Made by a program: the position numbers and the translations under genes. DNA of 64,000 nucleotides from Felis catus (lineage: Eukaryota). Positions 1 to 13,918 of the stretch are shown piece by piece. How positions within the stretch are numbered: the first letter of the stretch is position 1; the number at the start of each line of letters is the position of its first letter. The notes beneath the pieces were generated by a model that worked only from the letters and a program-made list of their open reading frames with translations, was not told where the DNA came from and did no database searches. The stretch spans positions 115,756,001-115,820,000 of the forward strand of contig NC_058373.1 in assembly GCF_018350175.1 (NCBI RefSeq). The letters run 5' to 3'.

Positions 1-529
1 GACATCAAGACTTGCTGAAGCAAAATAACTTGCCAAGGTGGATCAGCAAGTAAGAGGGGTTGTTGGGCTGGATTCCAACTCTGGTTGGTGTTATGTCAAC
101 CTCAACCTGTATCTTCAAAGATGAATGAGATCTTCAGGGAACTCAGTGTAGGGCTGTAGACAAACATATAAACACCACAACTACTTTCAATGTGCCTTAA
201 AATTTCAATTATAATTTAGCGACCTTTTGAAAGCTGTTACAGTGTGGCAGGTACGGTGCTAACCACTCAATTCACAAGGTTTTACTGAACTCCTAACAAC
301 AACCCGGGAAGAATTAAACCAGTTCACAAACCAGGAAGCTGAAATATAGAGATGCCCGAAATTGTACAGTTAAAGTAAATACATCTATTTCGACGATCCA
401 CAGCATCGTCAAAGGGTAGCAACAGGTTAAAAAGGTAAGTTTAGTAATCACCCAGTGCTGGAATAAAAGCTGGTTCTGACCTCGCTCTCTGAAGCACATC
501 CTGGTAACTCTTAGGGAGGGTAAAAGATC

Positions 530-1160
530 CCACTACCGGCGGGGGCAGAAGTCTAAGACTGCCTAGAAGCCTCTTCCTAGCCCAGGTTGCTGCTCCCCGA
601 CGGCCGCATCACAGACCCTCGCAGCCAGGATCCTGCCCACCTCGAGGCTCCACCCCTTTCGGAATCCGGACCCACCCCTTCCGGAATCCCGCCCCACACG
701 TTTTCGTCCCTGCGCTCACCAGCATGGGGACTCCGTAGCGAATGGTCTTGTTCTTGCGCAGGGCGCGCATTACCGCTTGTGTAGACATGACTGAACTCTC
801 CGACGCGCTTGGACGTCTAGCTCAACAGGCCCAGCGCGGCCTCCCGAATCTCGGCAGCTCCAGCTCCCTCCCCACGAGGAAGTCCTTCACTCGCCTCCTT
901 TCCTTGGCCTCCCGATACTCGGTCCTCCCTTGATAGGCCTCCTCCAGGCAAAAGCAGTCGATGCGTCGTAACACGCTAGCGCGTCCGGGCGGAAATTCGA
1001 GTGTCGGCGGTTTGGTTCCGGCACTCTGGTTTGCAATCGGGACTCCGGCGCGTAACCCTGTCTGTAGTCATCAGCAAATGATGTCGAAACCCGCACCTCC
1101 CACGTTTGGGGTCTTGGCCAACGTCTTCTTACCTTCCCAAGCATATAGCCGCTCTATAAA
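530..1160 (-). promoter_or_regulatory. CpG island / COX16 promoter and 5'UTR
   Basis: High CpG and GC density around COX16 exon 1, with an ETS/E2F-like GGGCGGAAAT near 987-996. Confidence 0.8.
720..788 (-). CDS. COX16: COX16 (cytochrome c oxidase assembly factor) coding exon 1; the rest of the gene lies beyond the left window edge
   Basis: The minus strand from ATG at 788 reads MSTQAVMRALRKNKTIRYGVPML, matching the mammalian COX16 N-terminus (..AVMRAFRKNKTLGYGVPML). It is followed by a canonical donor CTG|GTGAGC (719), phase 0, and sits in a CpG island downstream of SYNJ2BP, the known gene order. Confidence 0.95.
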
Positions 1161-4100
1161 GTCAGCTAACCAAAAAGAAAAAAAAAAATTGAAGCTAGTA
1201 CTACAGTTTCTTGTACTCTGGCTATTTGTAGGATGGGGAGTTTACCGGCTTGATAGAGATTTTTAGAAATAAATAAACCGCCACGAAAGGGTAGGTTGAG
1301 TGGCAATCAGTGTAGTACCTTGCTATCACTGAACATTTAATGCTAGTACTTTTACTGCCAGATAGCCTGTAATCTTCAGTCGTTTATGAATGTCCATTTT
1401 CCAATCACTCCGCAACCCTCCGGCACACATTTTTGCAGGTCATTCGAAGGTTCGAAGACAACAGCGATGAAAAAAATAACAATCCGTGTCTTAAAGAAAG
1501 AAGCTGGCAGTTTAATGGGCAAATGAACGTGCCTTAAGTACGACGGTTGCTTAGGAAACAGCTCCCACGTGCCATTTGCCAGGTGAGTCAGAGAAAAAGC
1601 CTCACCTACCGAGTACTATTTGAGATGCCATAATAGTATAAAATACAGGTGACACGGAGTAACATTTCCCAGGCTAGCCCTGAAATCCTTCCATCTGCCC
1701 CTGCCTCTAGTGCCACCGAAACGTTCGTAGTTGAATCTTTTGTTATCTTTCCACATACTGAAGTCACCCTTGAGTGGTCTTCAGAAGAGAAATACCAGCT
1801 CTGCCTTTCAGCTGCTCTAATAATAGGCCCATGGGGTCAAATATGATAAAACAAACAGAACCCGAATGGTGGTTCTCAAGTCTGTCTTCCACACTGCTGA
1901 ATCAAAAAGCATAAACAATGAGATTCTCTTGGTTGGCTTTGTTCTTTGCCTACAGTAGTGACTCCAGTTTTCTTAGCAAGGAACTTCAGGTCCTTTGTAA
2001 TATAGTATGATTTTGGCCTGCATTTTCTACCGTTCTTCTTCACTCGCTCCATACTCCATCTTGGAAGAGATATTATTCCATGAGTATTGCATGAACTTCC
2101 ACATCTTCAAAATACAGTTTCAGGGACACCAGTAAGCCTCCCTTACTCCACAGGCAATATAAATTCTTCCCTCCTCAGAGCTGGAGTAGCCTTTGACTAA
2201 TACATATCACACAGCACTATCACACTGTATTACCAGTCTTAGTGTATGAAGTCATTGTTGCTCCGAATAGCATAAAAGCAAATGAAAACAGGAGAGAAGG
2301 AAGGATACTTCAGAGTTTGAATTTGAACCTCGGGATTTACTTTTTGGTTCTGAGGCTGCGGAAATTAGTCAAACCTCTCCACCCCCTTTTCCCTAAAGAA
2401 GCATCACATGAACTGATCCAAGGGAGAGTTTGAAGTGATCAGGACAAGCTTTATTAAAGGGAGACTGAAAATTCCTCACCCCTATTTCTCCAATCTTCTA
2501 TCACCCCAATCTGTCCAAGGAAGAAACTTCTTGCAAACTGGGGAGCATTTAGCCTGAGAGGTTAAGTCAAACTACCCAGTGGGGAGTGCTGGGGAAAAAC
2601 TATGTAGATTCATGGGAAAGAGTCTGGAACAGTTATAGAATGCAGGAGAATTTAGGATTGAAGGGATGGCCTTATAAACAATGTTGCTATGTTTTATGAA
2701 TAGGGTCTCCTTCAATGTGATTTTGTTGTACTTTATTTTGAATTGTTTGACTTTTGCTGTTTGTTGTATATTTGTTCATTTAATTCATCTCTCTGCAGAG
2801 AAGGAACCAGATAGGGCCATGAGATTTCTTACAGGATGTATTGTGAAGTATGCAAATTTTGCCTATAGCTTTCCTTCTTTCCTCATTCACTTCCTTTCAA
2901 TATTTCAGAACTCATAGAGCATCCAGGTTAGTTCCGTATTATTTCTCCCACTTTCCCTCATATCCTAGACGCGAAGGGCACTCCTCTACAGTCCAGGCCT
3001 TTTCTTACCTTCTCACTATATAAAACCTCTCCCTACTGGATCAGACATCAGTAAATGCTTACTGCATTAAGCTAGTAGTTAATAATGGATTAAGTAGTAC
3101 ACATATATTCTAGGTAATGCTGTAGCTAATAATCTGCTACCCTTTTTAGATAAAGCATATATTCAATTTAGGTAAATATAGGTCTTCAGCCTCTCATTTG
3201 TTCCATTATTTAAGTAAGCATTTATGAGATGGCTCTGAAGGAGCAACTAAATAGTAAAAATTACAAGTATGCTGGAAGATTGTCAGGGAGCAAAATTTGG
3301 AGCAATGGGAAATTTAAACGCCTAACAAATAATATTATATAGGTGGTAAACTCCATTGTCTGTGTTTAGTGCTCACCTTAAGCATTACTACGGTATACCT
3401 CAGTTTCTCTGTTAAATCCAAATAAGTGATATTTGTCACCCTTTTTATAATTCTTACCAAACCCACAAAATTCTTCATCAGTATGGGCTCCGTTGCCTTC
3501 TCAGAAACACGACTCAAATCCCATCTGTGCTTTCAGTGTTCATCAACAGTCACAGTGTTGATTCAGCCATCCCAACTGTCATACTTCCAAGGGGGAGGAT
3601 ATGAAAATGCACATCCAGGAAACAAGGCATCTCCACCACCCATGCCAGTCTTTTAGGACTCATATGTTTTTGATATGTAGGCAAGTTATGTTTTCCTCCA
3701 GTATCTGCTCTACCTTCACTTAACTCGTGCCAGTATATAGGAGCATTCGTATCAAAATGACCAATCTTGAGAGCTTTAGCACTAAGTTTTAGAACTGTGG
3801 CCAAATTTAATGGCTATGGGTACCAAAAGATTAGTTACTTCATGAATCTTTGTTTGCTTTCCTAATTGACACCTAATATCTAAGTTGATTCACTCAAAAA
3901 CCTTACGAAGTTTGGAAGAGCACGATTCCAGATCCATTTTACAGATGAGCACATTGAGGCTCAGAAAAGTTAAGAGGCTTGTACAAGGTCAAAACTGTGT
4001 GAAGTAGCACAAATGCCCCGACTAGAACTAAACATCTATAGCATTTGACAATACTATCTGATTCTCGAAATTTCCTCTGCCTGTGGCTTCTGTGGATGTT

Positions 4101-4204
4101 TGGCTCTTGCGGATCCTTGCCAACTTAGAGCCTTATAAATAAAAACTTTAGCCTTAGAAATCTTAGCTGGAGTCGTCAGCCTATTCCAGTTTTCTTCTCT
4201 ATCT

Positions 4205-4391
4205 CAGTGACTCTCCAAGTCTAGTGTGCACAGAATCCTTGCGAGAGCTGATCAAAACACAGATTGCTGGGCTACATCCCAAGTGTCTGATTCAGTGGGT
4301 CTGGGACGGGACTTGAAAACTGGCTTCTCTAACAAGCTTTCATTCGTGTGATCCTTCTGCTGGTCTGGGGACTACTCTGTGAGAAACACTG
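4205..4391. mobile_element. MER5A-like hAT-Charlie MITE
   Basis: Typical core cagattgctggg..tctgattcagtgggtctggg..tctctaacaagct, ending in gagaaacactg. Confidence 0.65.
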
Positions 4392-5582
4392 CTCTGTCCT
4401 TGTTCCCACACTCTATCCTCTTTCCCTAGGTAAAGTCAATTATCACATTGGCTTCAAATTTTATCACACTGTGGATGACTTCTGGCATATTTCCAGCAGC
4501 ATAAATGGTTTTCTAACACTTCAACATGCCACAAAGATTTTTTTCCTTTTTTTTCTTTCTTTTCCTTTTTGCTTTCTTTCTTTGTTTGTTTCTTTCTTTC
4601 TTTCTTTTTTTGTCCTTCCCTCCATTCCATCTAATTTCTCTGGCTATAACCACAGTGGCTGATAGTTGGCTACTCAGTTTCCAATCCAGTCAAATGTGAA
4701 ATCAGTTAAAAGGAAGCCTCTGACATTATTCAGCTAGGAAAGAAATTGTTTCTCCCTTAATGCACATCTCTCTTGTGATAGTGATCATTAACATTATAGT
4801 TTTAGAATTATTCCTGTATTTGTCTTATTACTTTTTACAGAACATGAACTATGGGATGAATGTGACCATGTCTAATACACTGCTGTCTTCCCTGACTTCC
4901 TTTGTAGCCCTAAACCACAGTCCATGACTTTTGGGAAAACAAATAAAATGGCCGCAGCAAAGGTGACAAGAACTTCCCGTACCATGCTTTATAGCAAAGA
5001 CTCCCCGAGTAGTGATTCCTAAACCAAACACAAATCTGCTCTACAACACTTTGGAGAGAATCCAAGGTAAGTCTCCTGTACAAAAAAAAAAAAAAAAAAA
5101 AAAAAAAAGTGTTGGAAATCTCTTCTGTACAGATTAATGAAACCAAAATATTAACAAAATCCAAAGTTAATTACATTGTCTCAAAATGCAGTATTAGCTA
5201 GATTACAGCAAATTTCATCATGTAGAGCAAATCAGGAAAACTCTAACCTTCCAATTGCCATGGGACTAAAGCCTATCTGAAAGCTTTCTAAATATTGTCT
5301 ATTAAATTAAGGCTTCCTTTCTGGGTAGACGATTAGGTGCTTTTGTGATATAAGTCAACGGTGAAATGGGATTTTATCTATTGAAATTTATGTTCAAAAA
5401 AGCTTTGTAGAAAAACGTCTATTGAGAATTGTAAAGACAAGTGTTTGAATAAAGAGCAAGTAAAGTGTACTTTTATCTCAAGATAAATTTTTTGAAAAGG
5501 AGACCATTTAAAAATGGCCTATTTGTGTGTTTTAAGTGTTTGAGTAACATCTTTGTCCACCACTGGTTTAAAAAAAAAACAT

Positions 5583-6011
5583 GGGGCGCCTGGGTGGCTC
5601 AGTCGGTTAAGCGTCTGACTTTAGCTCAGGTCTGTGAGTTCGAGCCCTGGAGCCTGGAGCCTGCTTCAGATTCTGTGTCTCCCTCTCTCTCTGACCCTCC
5701 CCCGTTCATGCTGTCTCTCTCTGTCTCAAAAATAAATAAACATTAAAAAAAAAAATTTAGGGTCGCCTGGGTGGCTCAGTCAGTTGAGCAACCCACTTCG
5801 GGTCGGGTCATGATCTCACGGTTTGTGAGTTCGAGCCCCGCGTCGGGCTCTGTGCTGCCAGCTCAGAGCCTGGAGCCTGCTTCTGATTCTGTGTCTCCCT
5901 CTCTCTCTGACCCTCCCCCACTCATGCTCTCTATCTCTCTCTGCCTCAGAAATAAATAAACATTTAAAAAAAATTTTTTTAATTAAAAAAATAAATAAAA
6001 AATAAAAAAAC
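5583..6011 (+). mobile_element. Two tandem Can-SINEs (the first has internal deletions)
   Basis: ggggcgcctgggtggctcagtcggttaa head, (CT)n tract and AATAAA/A-tail, followed directly by a second copy starting near 5760. Confidence 0.9.
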
Positions 6012-6149
6012 ACAACAGTTAAATATCGTACATATAAAGTTTCCTATAAATCAAAACATAGTGTGCATCCAATAAAACTAAAACTTGACACTCAAAAGTG
6101 AACCTACTTCCTAAAGTAACCACTGCAGTCAAGTAACACTGTTTTTCAA

Positions 6150-6860
6150 ATTTAAATTTTCCCAGCTTTACTGATATATAACGGAGATAGAACATTGTAT
6201 AAGATTAATGCATATACCATAATGATTTGATTAAGGTACATATTGTGAAATGATCACCAAAGTAAATTTAGTTAAGATCTATCACCTCACATAGTTACAA
6301 AATTTTTTTCCTTGTAATAAGAATTTTTAAGATCTCCTACAACACTATTAATGAGACTATTAGTAATACTATTTTGAATAATCCCTAAATCATGAAGGAT
6401 ATCAAAATAACAATTATAATTCACATGGCAATTAATAAAAAAGAAAAAACATCATATGATAGATGACAGAAAATAAACTTTTGACTTGTAATGAAGAAGA
6501 AGAACCAAAAAAAAAAAAGTATAGAAATTAGTGAAAATAAAAGCTAAAATAAAAGAAATGGAAAACATACAAAACCAGAAAAATGGATTAATATAAATCC
6601 AAAAGCTGGTTATTAGAAAGAATCAATTCAAAGATTAAAGAAAAAATATTTAAATCTGTTAGGAATGAGACAGAAAACAAAAACAGAGATCTATAAGAAA
6701 GTAAAAAAGATTGCATGAGAATTTCAAGTTCTATTACCATACATAGAACAGCAAGAGAAATTGATGGTTTTGTGATAAAACATAAAAGTCAAACATACCA
6801 ATTACTGAGGAAATTGGAAACTTACCATTAAGAAGGACTAGACCCTTGGTTGTGATATAG
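6150..6860. mobile_element. Old degraded L1 fragments
   Basis: A-rich ORF2 remnant (aaaagctggttattagaaagaatcaat, resembling KSWFFEKIN) plus a minus-strand L1 3'-end-like piece at about 6150-6340. Confidence 0.5.
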
Positions 6861-6917
6861 GAAAAAACATTCATCATAATTGAGTCCAGCCATAACTATC
6901 TTTCAAAAGTCCAGTGA

Positions 6918-7141
6918 GGGGCGCCTGGGTGGCGCAGTCGGTTAAGCGTCCGACTTCAGCCAGGTCACGATCTTGCAGTCCGGGAGTTCGAGCCCCGCGT
7001 CAGGCTCTGGGCTGATGGCTCGGAGCCTGGAGCCTGTTTCCGATTCTGTGTCTCCCTCTCTCTCTGGCCCTCCCCCGTTCATGCTCTGTCTCTCTCTGTC
7101 CCAAAAATAAATAAACGTTGAAAAAAAAAATAAAAAAAAAA
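6918..7141 (+). mobile_element. Young felid SINEC_Fc with target-site duplication (TSD)
   Basis: Near-consensus head gtggcgcagtcggttaagcgtccgacttcagccaggtcacg; TSD aaaagtccagtga at 6905-6917 and 7142-7154. Confidence 0.95.
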
Positions 7142-7270
7142 AAAAGTCCAGTGAAAAACTGGTCTTTCTAGCAAACAGCAGTGTGAGTAGATTGGTCGAG
7201 ATTTAACAACAGTGGAAATAAAATATATTTTACTTACTCCTCAACATCCATCACAGCACAAGTTCTTTTT

Positions 7271-8704
7271 ATTTTTTATTTTATTTTTTTAATAGAGAGG
7301 ATAGTTTATTTATTTTTTTTATATATGAAATTTATTGACAAATTGGTTTCCATACAACACCCAGTGCTCATCCCAAAAGGTGCCCTCCTCAATACCCATC
7401 ACCCTCCCTCCCCTCCCTCCCACCCCCCATCAACCCTCAGTTTGTTCTCAGTTTTTAACAGTCTCTTATGCTTTGGCTCTCTCCCACTCTAACCTCTTTT
7501 TTTTTTTTTCCTTCCCCTCCCCCATGGGTTCCTGTTAAGTTTCTCAGGATCCACATAAGAATGAAACCATATGGTATCTGTCTTTCTCTGTATGGCTTAT
7601 TTCACTTAGCATCACACTCTCCAGTTCCATCCACGTTGCTACAAAAGGCCATATTTCATTTTTTCTCATTGCCACGTAGTACTCCATTGTGTATATAAAC
7701 CACAATTTCTTTATCCATTCATCAGTTGATGGACATTTAGGCTCTTTCCATAATTTGGCTATTGTTGAGAGTGCTGCTATGAACATTGGGGTACAAGTGG
7801 CCCTATGCATCAGTACTCCTGTATCCCTTGGATAAATTCCTAGCAGTGCTATTGCTGGGTCATAGGGTAGGTCTATTTTTAATTTTCTGAGGAACCTCCA
7901 CACTGCTTTCCAGAGCAGCTGTACCAATTTGCATTCCCACCAACAGTGCAAGAGGGTTCCCGTTTCTCCACATCCTCTCCAGCATCTATAGTCTCCTGAT
8001 TTGTTCATTTTGGCCACTCTGACTGGCGTGAGGTGATACCTGAGTGTGGTTTTGATTTGTATTTCCCTGATAAGGAGCGACGCTGAACATCTTTTCATGT
8101 GCCTGTTGGCCATCTGGATGTCTTCTTTAGAGAAGTGTCTATTCATGTTTTCTGCCCATTTCTTCACTTGGTTATTTGTTTTTCGGGTGTGGAGTTTGGT
8201 GAGCTCTTTATAGATTTTAGATACTAGCCCTTTGTCCGATATGTCATTTGCAAATATCTTTTCCCATTCGGTTGGTTGCCTTTTAGTTTTGTTGGTTGTT
8301 TCCTTTGCTGTGCAGAAGCTTTTTATTTTCATAAGGTCCCAGTAATTCACTTTTGCTTTTAATTCCCTTGCCTTTGGGGATGTGTCGAGTAAGAGATTGC
8401 TACGGCTGAGGTCAGAGAGGTCTTTTCCTGCTTTCTCCTCTAAGGTTTTGATGGTTTCCTGTCTCACATTTAGGTCCTTTATCCATTTTGAGTTTATTTT
8501 TGTGAATGGTGTGAGAAAGTGGTCTAGTTTCAACCTTCTGCATGTTGCTGTCCAGTTCTCCCAGCACCATTTGTTAAAGAGGCTGTCTTTTTTCCATTGG
8601 ATGTTCTTTCCTGCTTTGTCAAAGATGAGTTGGCCATACGTTTGTGGGTCTAGTTCTGGGGTTTCTATTCTATTCCATTGGTCTGTGTGTCTGTTTTTGT
8701 GCCA
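7271..8704 (-). mobile_element. Young 5'-truncated felid LINE-1 (ORF2 C-terminus, 3'UTR and poly(A))
   Basis: Uninterrupted 329-aa ORF (7544-8533) matching L1 ORF2p C-terminus ([23 protein letters not shown] region, stop at 7544). T-rich tail at 7271-7336; TSD acaagttcttttt at 7258-7270 and 8705-8717. Confidence 0.97.
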
Positions 8705-8728
8705 ACAAGTTCTTTTTAAAAAGGATAG

Positions 8729-10852
<2,124 letters not shown>

Positions 10853-11979
10853 AAAAAGGATAGTAGGAAAAAGGACAAGGTAGGAAATAGGAGACTAGGA
10901 GAGAGGATAACATCTCCCTTGAAAAGATACTTTATGGTCTTATTATCTAAAAGAATTAACCTCTACTTAGCATATCCACAGAAAAGCCAGATTTATTTAA
11001 AGTCTGAAATAAATTTCCTGACCCCCTAAAGTAATACTGAGATAGAGAAAAGCTTTTAATACTTTCCCCACGTCAGCAGTCTGTCATTCACTTTGTTCTA
11101 GCCAAGACCAGCTTTAAATGAGCCCTGTAGTGATGCTGTTAAATTTCCCTATACTTGTACTCCACACCCCCCACCCCCACCTGCAGCCAGAGCCAGATTA
11201 AAATACACTTGTTTCCTGTATCCCCAGCGCCCTGAAACATTGTATTCCTCCTTTAGTCAGTTCTTCTTGGGGACTGTTGTATAGGCAGTTTTACTGGTAC
11301 TTTAAAGGAATTTGCCATTTCGTGAATTCAAGGGCCTTTTCCTTCTGAATGTATGATCATAGGGCTTATATCAACCTCCTCTGACAGTTGTTTAAAAGTT
11401 TTTGAAAGCATCTGAGTTCTTACGGCCAGTCCTTTGTGTCCTCCACGGGAGGAAAGCTTTTTTACTGTCTCTATATATTGGTGTCCATCAAACAAACAAA
11501 AAATACCATTTTCTGTGCAAACCCAGAATTGATACCCAGAGAAAATATTAGAAGGACAAGGGGAAGGATTGGAGACTAGAGCACCGAGGAGAAAAATAAG
11601 CAAATTTGAAAACAAAACGTAAATGCAGAAGTTGGCATTAGGGTGGGCCGAGGGATGGAGAAGCTGATGTTAAAGGGCTAATTTGTGGAGGCTTCTGTGG
11701 CCAGGCAGATTGGGTTACAGGGAGCAGGTGCCGGATGGAGAGGAGCTGTGCAGGATGTAGCTGGTGCCCCCAGGACCAGACAAGCTTGAAAACAGAGGCT
11801 GAGAACTGACACAGAGGAAATGACACAGAGTTAACAATCTCACTAGAAAAGAAGTGGAGAAGAAAACACACAGACTTTAAAGTTTATAAGAAAACCCTGA
11901 GGGGAAGAGTCTGACATTTCTGAGTAACCAAAAAGTTGGGGAGGGGAGGGATCAGAGAGAGAGGGTGGAGTGTGGGGTG

Positions 11980-12240
11980 GAAAGGGTTTGAAGAAGCAGG
12001 CGGGAACTAGATTGTGCAGTGGCCTTCGAGTATTTTGGACGGAATCCTAAGTGCAATGGGAAACTTCTAGGGGTTTTTAAGCAGAGGAGAGACATGTTTG
12101 AGATTTGTTTTTACCAGAATCTTTGGTCTAAGATAAGCAAATTGGAGGGAGACACAGTGGCTAACAAAGAGGGCAGTTAGAAAGCTAATGCAGTGGTCCA
12201 AGCAAAATTGGATGGTGGTTTAGACTACAACTCAAGGAAA
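11980..12240. mobile_element. L2 remnant
   Basis: Resembles an L2 3' region (tcctaagtgcaatgggaaa..ttttaagcagaggagagacatg..gcagtggtccaagc). Confidence 0.5.
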
Positions 12241-12879
12241 AGTGTGACAGGCTGGGAATGGTCAGTACGAGATGGAATATAAAATGTGTAAAGCGACATG
12301 CCACTGAAATAAATGGGCACAAGGACTATAGGGTACCCAGGGTCATTTGACATGGCTGGAGATTGACCATTTTCCTTTGCCTTAGATAATAGTTGCCCAG
12401 AAAAGCAAACTTAAAACTTCCTTTTCCATAAAGTGGTTTCTAATTAACCATTGACCTCAGATACAAAGTTTGAAACACCATCGCACTGTGGTTGAGGGTG
12501 GATTAAAGTTGTGATATGAGAGAATCACTCCCCATTAACTACTTGGGGCCCTGGAGGGTATATATTGCCAGACCCCGCAGGCAGTGGAACTAGCCATAAT
12601 TTTAACTAATTTATTATGGATTAGGAACCCGGCTAACCGAACTTGTTAGAAAATTATATAAAATAAAACTGAGGACTTTTTGCACATGGATTTGGTGATA
12701 TTTAGTTGTTTGGGTTAAAAAAAAAAATCTTGTTGCTGCTTCCGTCCTTCTTCTTGGTTATTTTCTAGATAGTTCAGATTACCTTTGGATATCTCAGTCA
12801 CGTCTGTAGGTTTGGGAGTAAAGGTAGACATTAGAGGGACAGAGAGCCCACTATAGTAGTAATGGTAGTGTATTCACTC

Positions 12880-13419
12880 TGTATTTTATTTGCTGTATTT
12901 TGATGTTTTGACATCTGGGGCCTTGCTGACCCAGAAGGGACTGCTCCTCCCAGGGTTAGATGGTTTTTACAGACAGTAAACAGCTGACTGTCTCATGAGC
13001 CTACTTTTCAAATACAAACCAACCAACCCGGAGCCTACGCTCCTTTGTGGAGCTCTCACACTCAGGGTCATTTATACACATGCCCTAAACACCCCAAGGC
13101 CAGGTACCAGAAAACTAGGGAGAGCTCCTCTGCCACACAGGCCACTGCAGTTGTTCAAACTAGCCAATCCTAACCCTATATATCTGGTCTTGCCTGTTCC
13201 TTCCCATGCCACCATCGTGAAGGTTCTTGTCCATACTTCCTCCCTTTCCCTCTGCCTTATGCCCAATTCTAGTACTTCCCTGTATGGTCCCCATGGCATG
13301 GTGTGTCCCCTTCTCTTGGGAACTGTGCGTAACGAACTATCTTTTCAATGTCAGCGGTCTCCTGATCTTCTGGCCTTACTATACCTCAATTATTCTATTA
13401 ATACCCAATATCTAAAACA
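12880..13419 (+). mobile_element. Solo ERVL-class LTR (MER74-like)
   Basis: TG...CA termini and recalled MER74-type blocks (gacatctggggccttgctgaccc, caaaccaaccaa, ggccaggtaccag, caaactagccaatcctaa). Confidence 0.7.
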
Positions 13420-13659
13420 GGAAAACGACCAACCCTTTCTGATTCCCTATCTTCTATCTGCACCCAAATAGGCTTCTAGCAAACAAATTTTCCATGAAAA
13501 AGTTATTATTCATTCTTCTACATTCTTCATTATTACTCATTCTTATATATTACTTATTATATATATTTTTCCTCTTACACACGGCAAGAGCAATGTGATG
13601 GAGTATAAGGAGCACAGAAAAAGTTCTGGTCTGGCTTCAAATCTTGACCCCTATCCCCC

Positions 13660-13918
13660 ATACTGTGAAGAGCTCAATCTAGCCTATTGGAAGATGAGAG
13701 GCCATGTGAAGAATCAAGGCACCCTAGCCAATAGCCAGCACTAAACGGCAAAATAAGGCCATTCTGGACTACCTACTTCTGTTCCACCATCAGATGGATG
13801 AAGCTGCATGTGACCCAGGTGTTAGCAGAAAAAACACTCTGAAACCCACAGAATATTACTAAAATATTTGTTAACCCACTAGGTTTTGCAGTGGTTTATT
13901 ACGTAATTGACAACTGAC
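13660..13918 (+). mobile_element. MLT1-type (MaLR) LTR fragment
   Basis: gagaggccatgtg..agccaatagccagca..cccactaggttttgcagtggtttattac..aactgaca end motif. Confidence 0.55.

Noticed and set aside
961..1266. 101-aa plus-strand ORF at the COX16 promoter with a hydrophobic end
   Set aside because: Crosses a poly-A run and has no recognisable homology; not supportable as coding.
7544..8533. 329-aa ORF as a host gene
   Set aside because: It is the C-terminus of L1 ORF2p in a 5'-truncated element lacking promoter, endonuclease and RT.
12995..13471. 158-aa ORF
   Set aside because: Lies almost entirely inside a MER74-like LTR; chance ORF.
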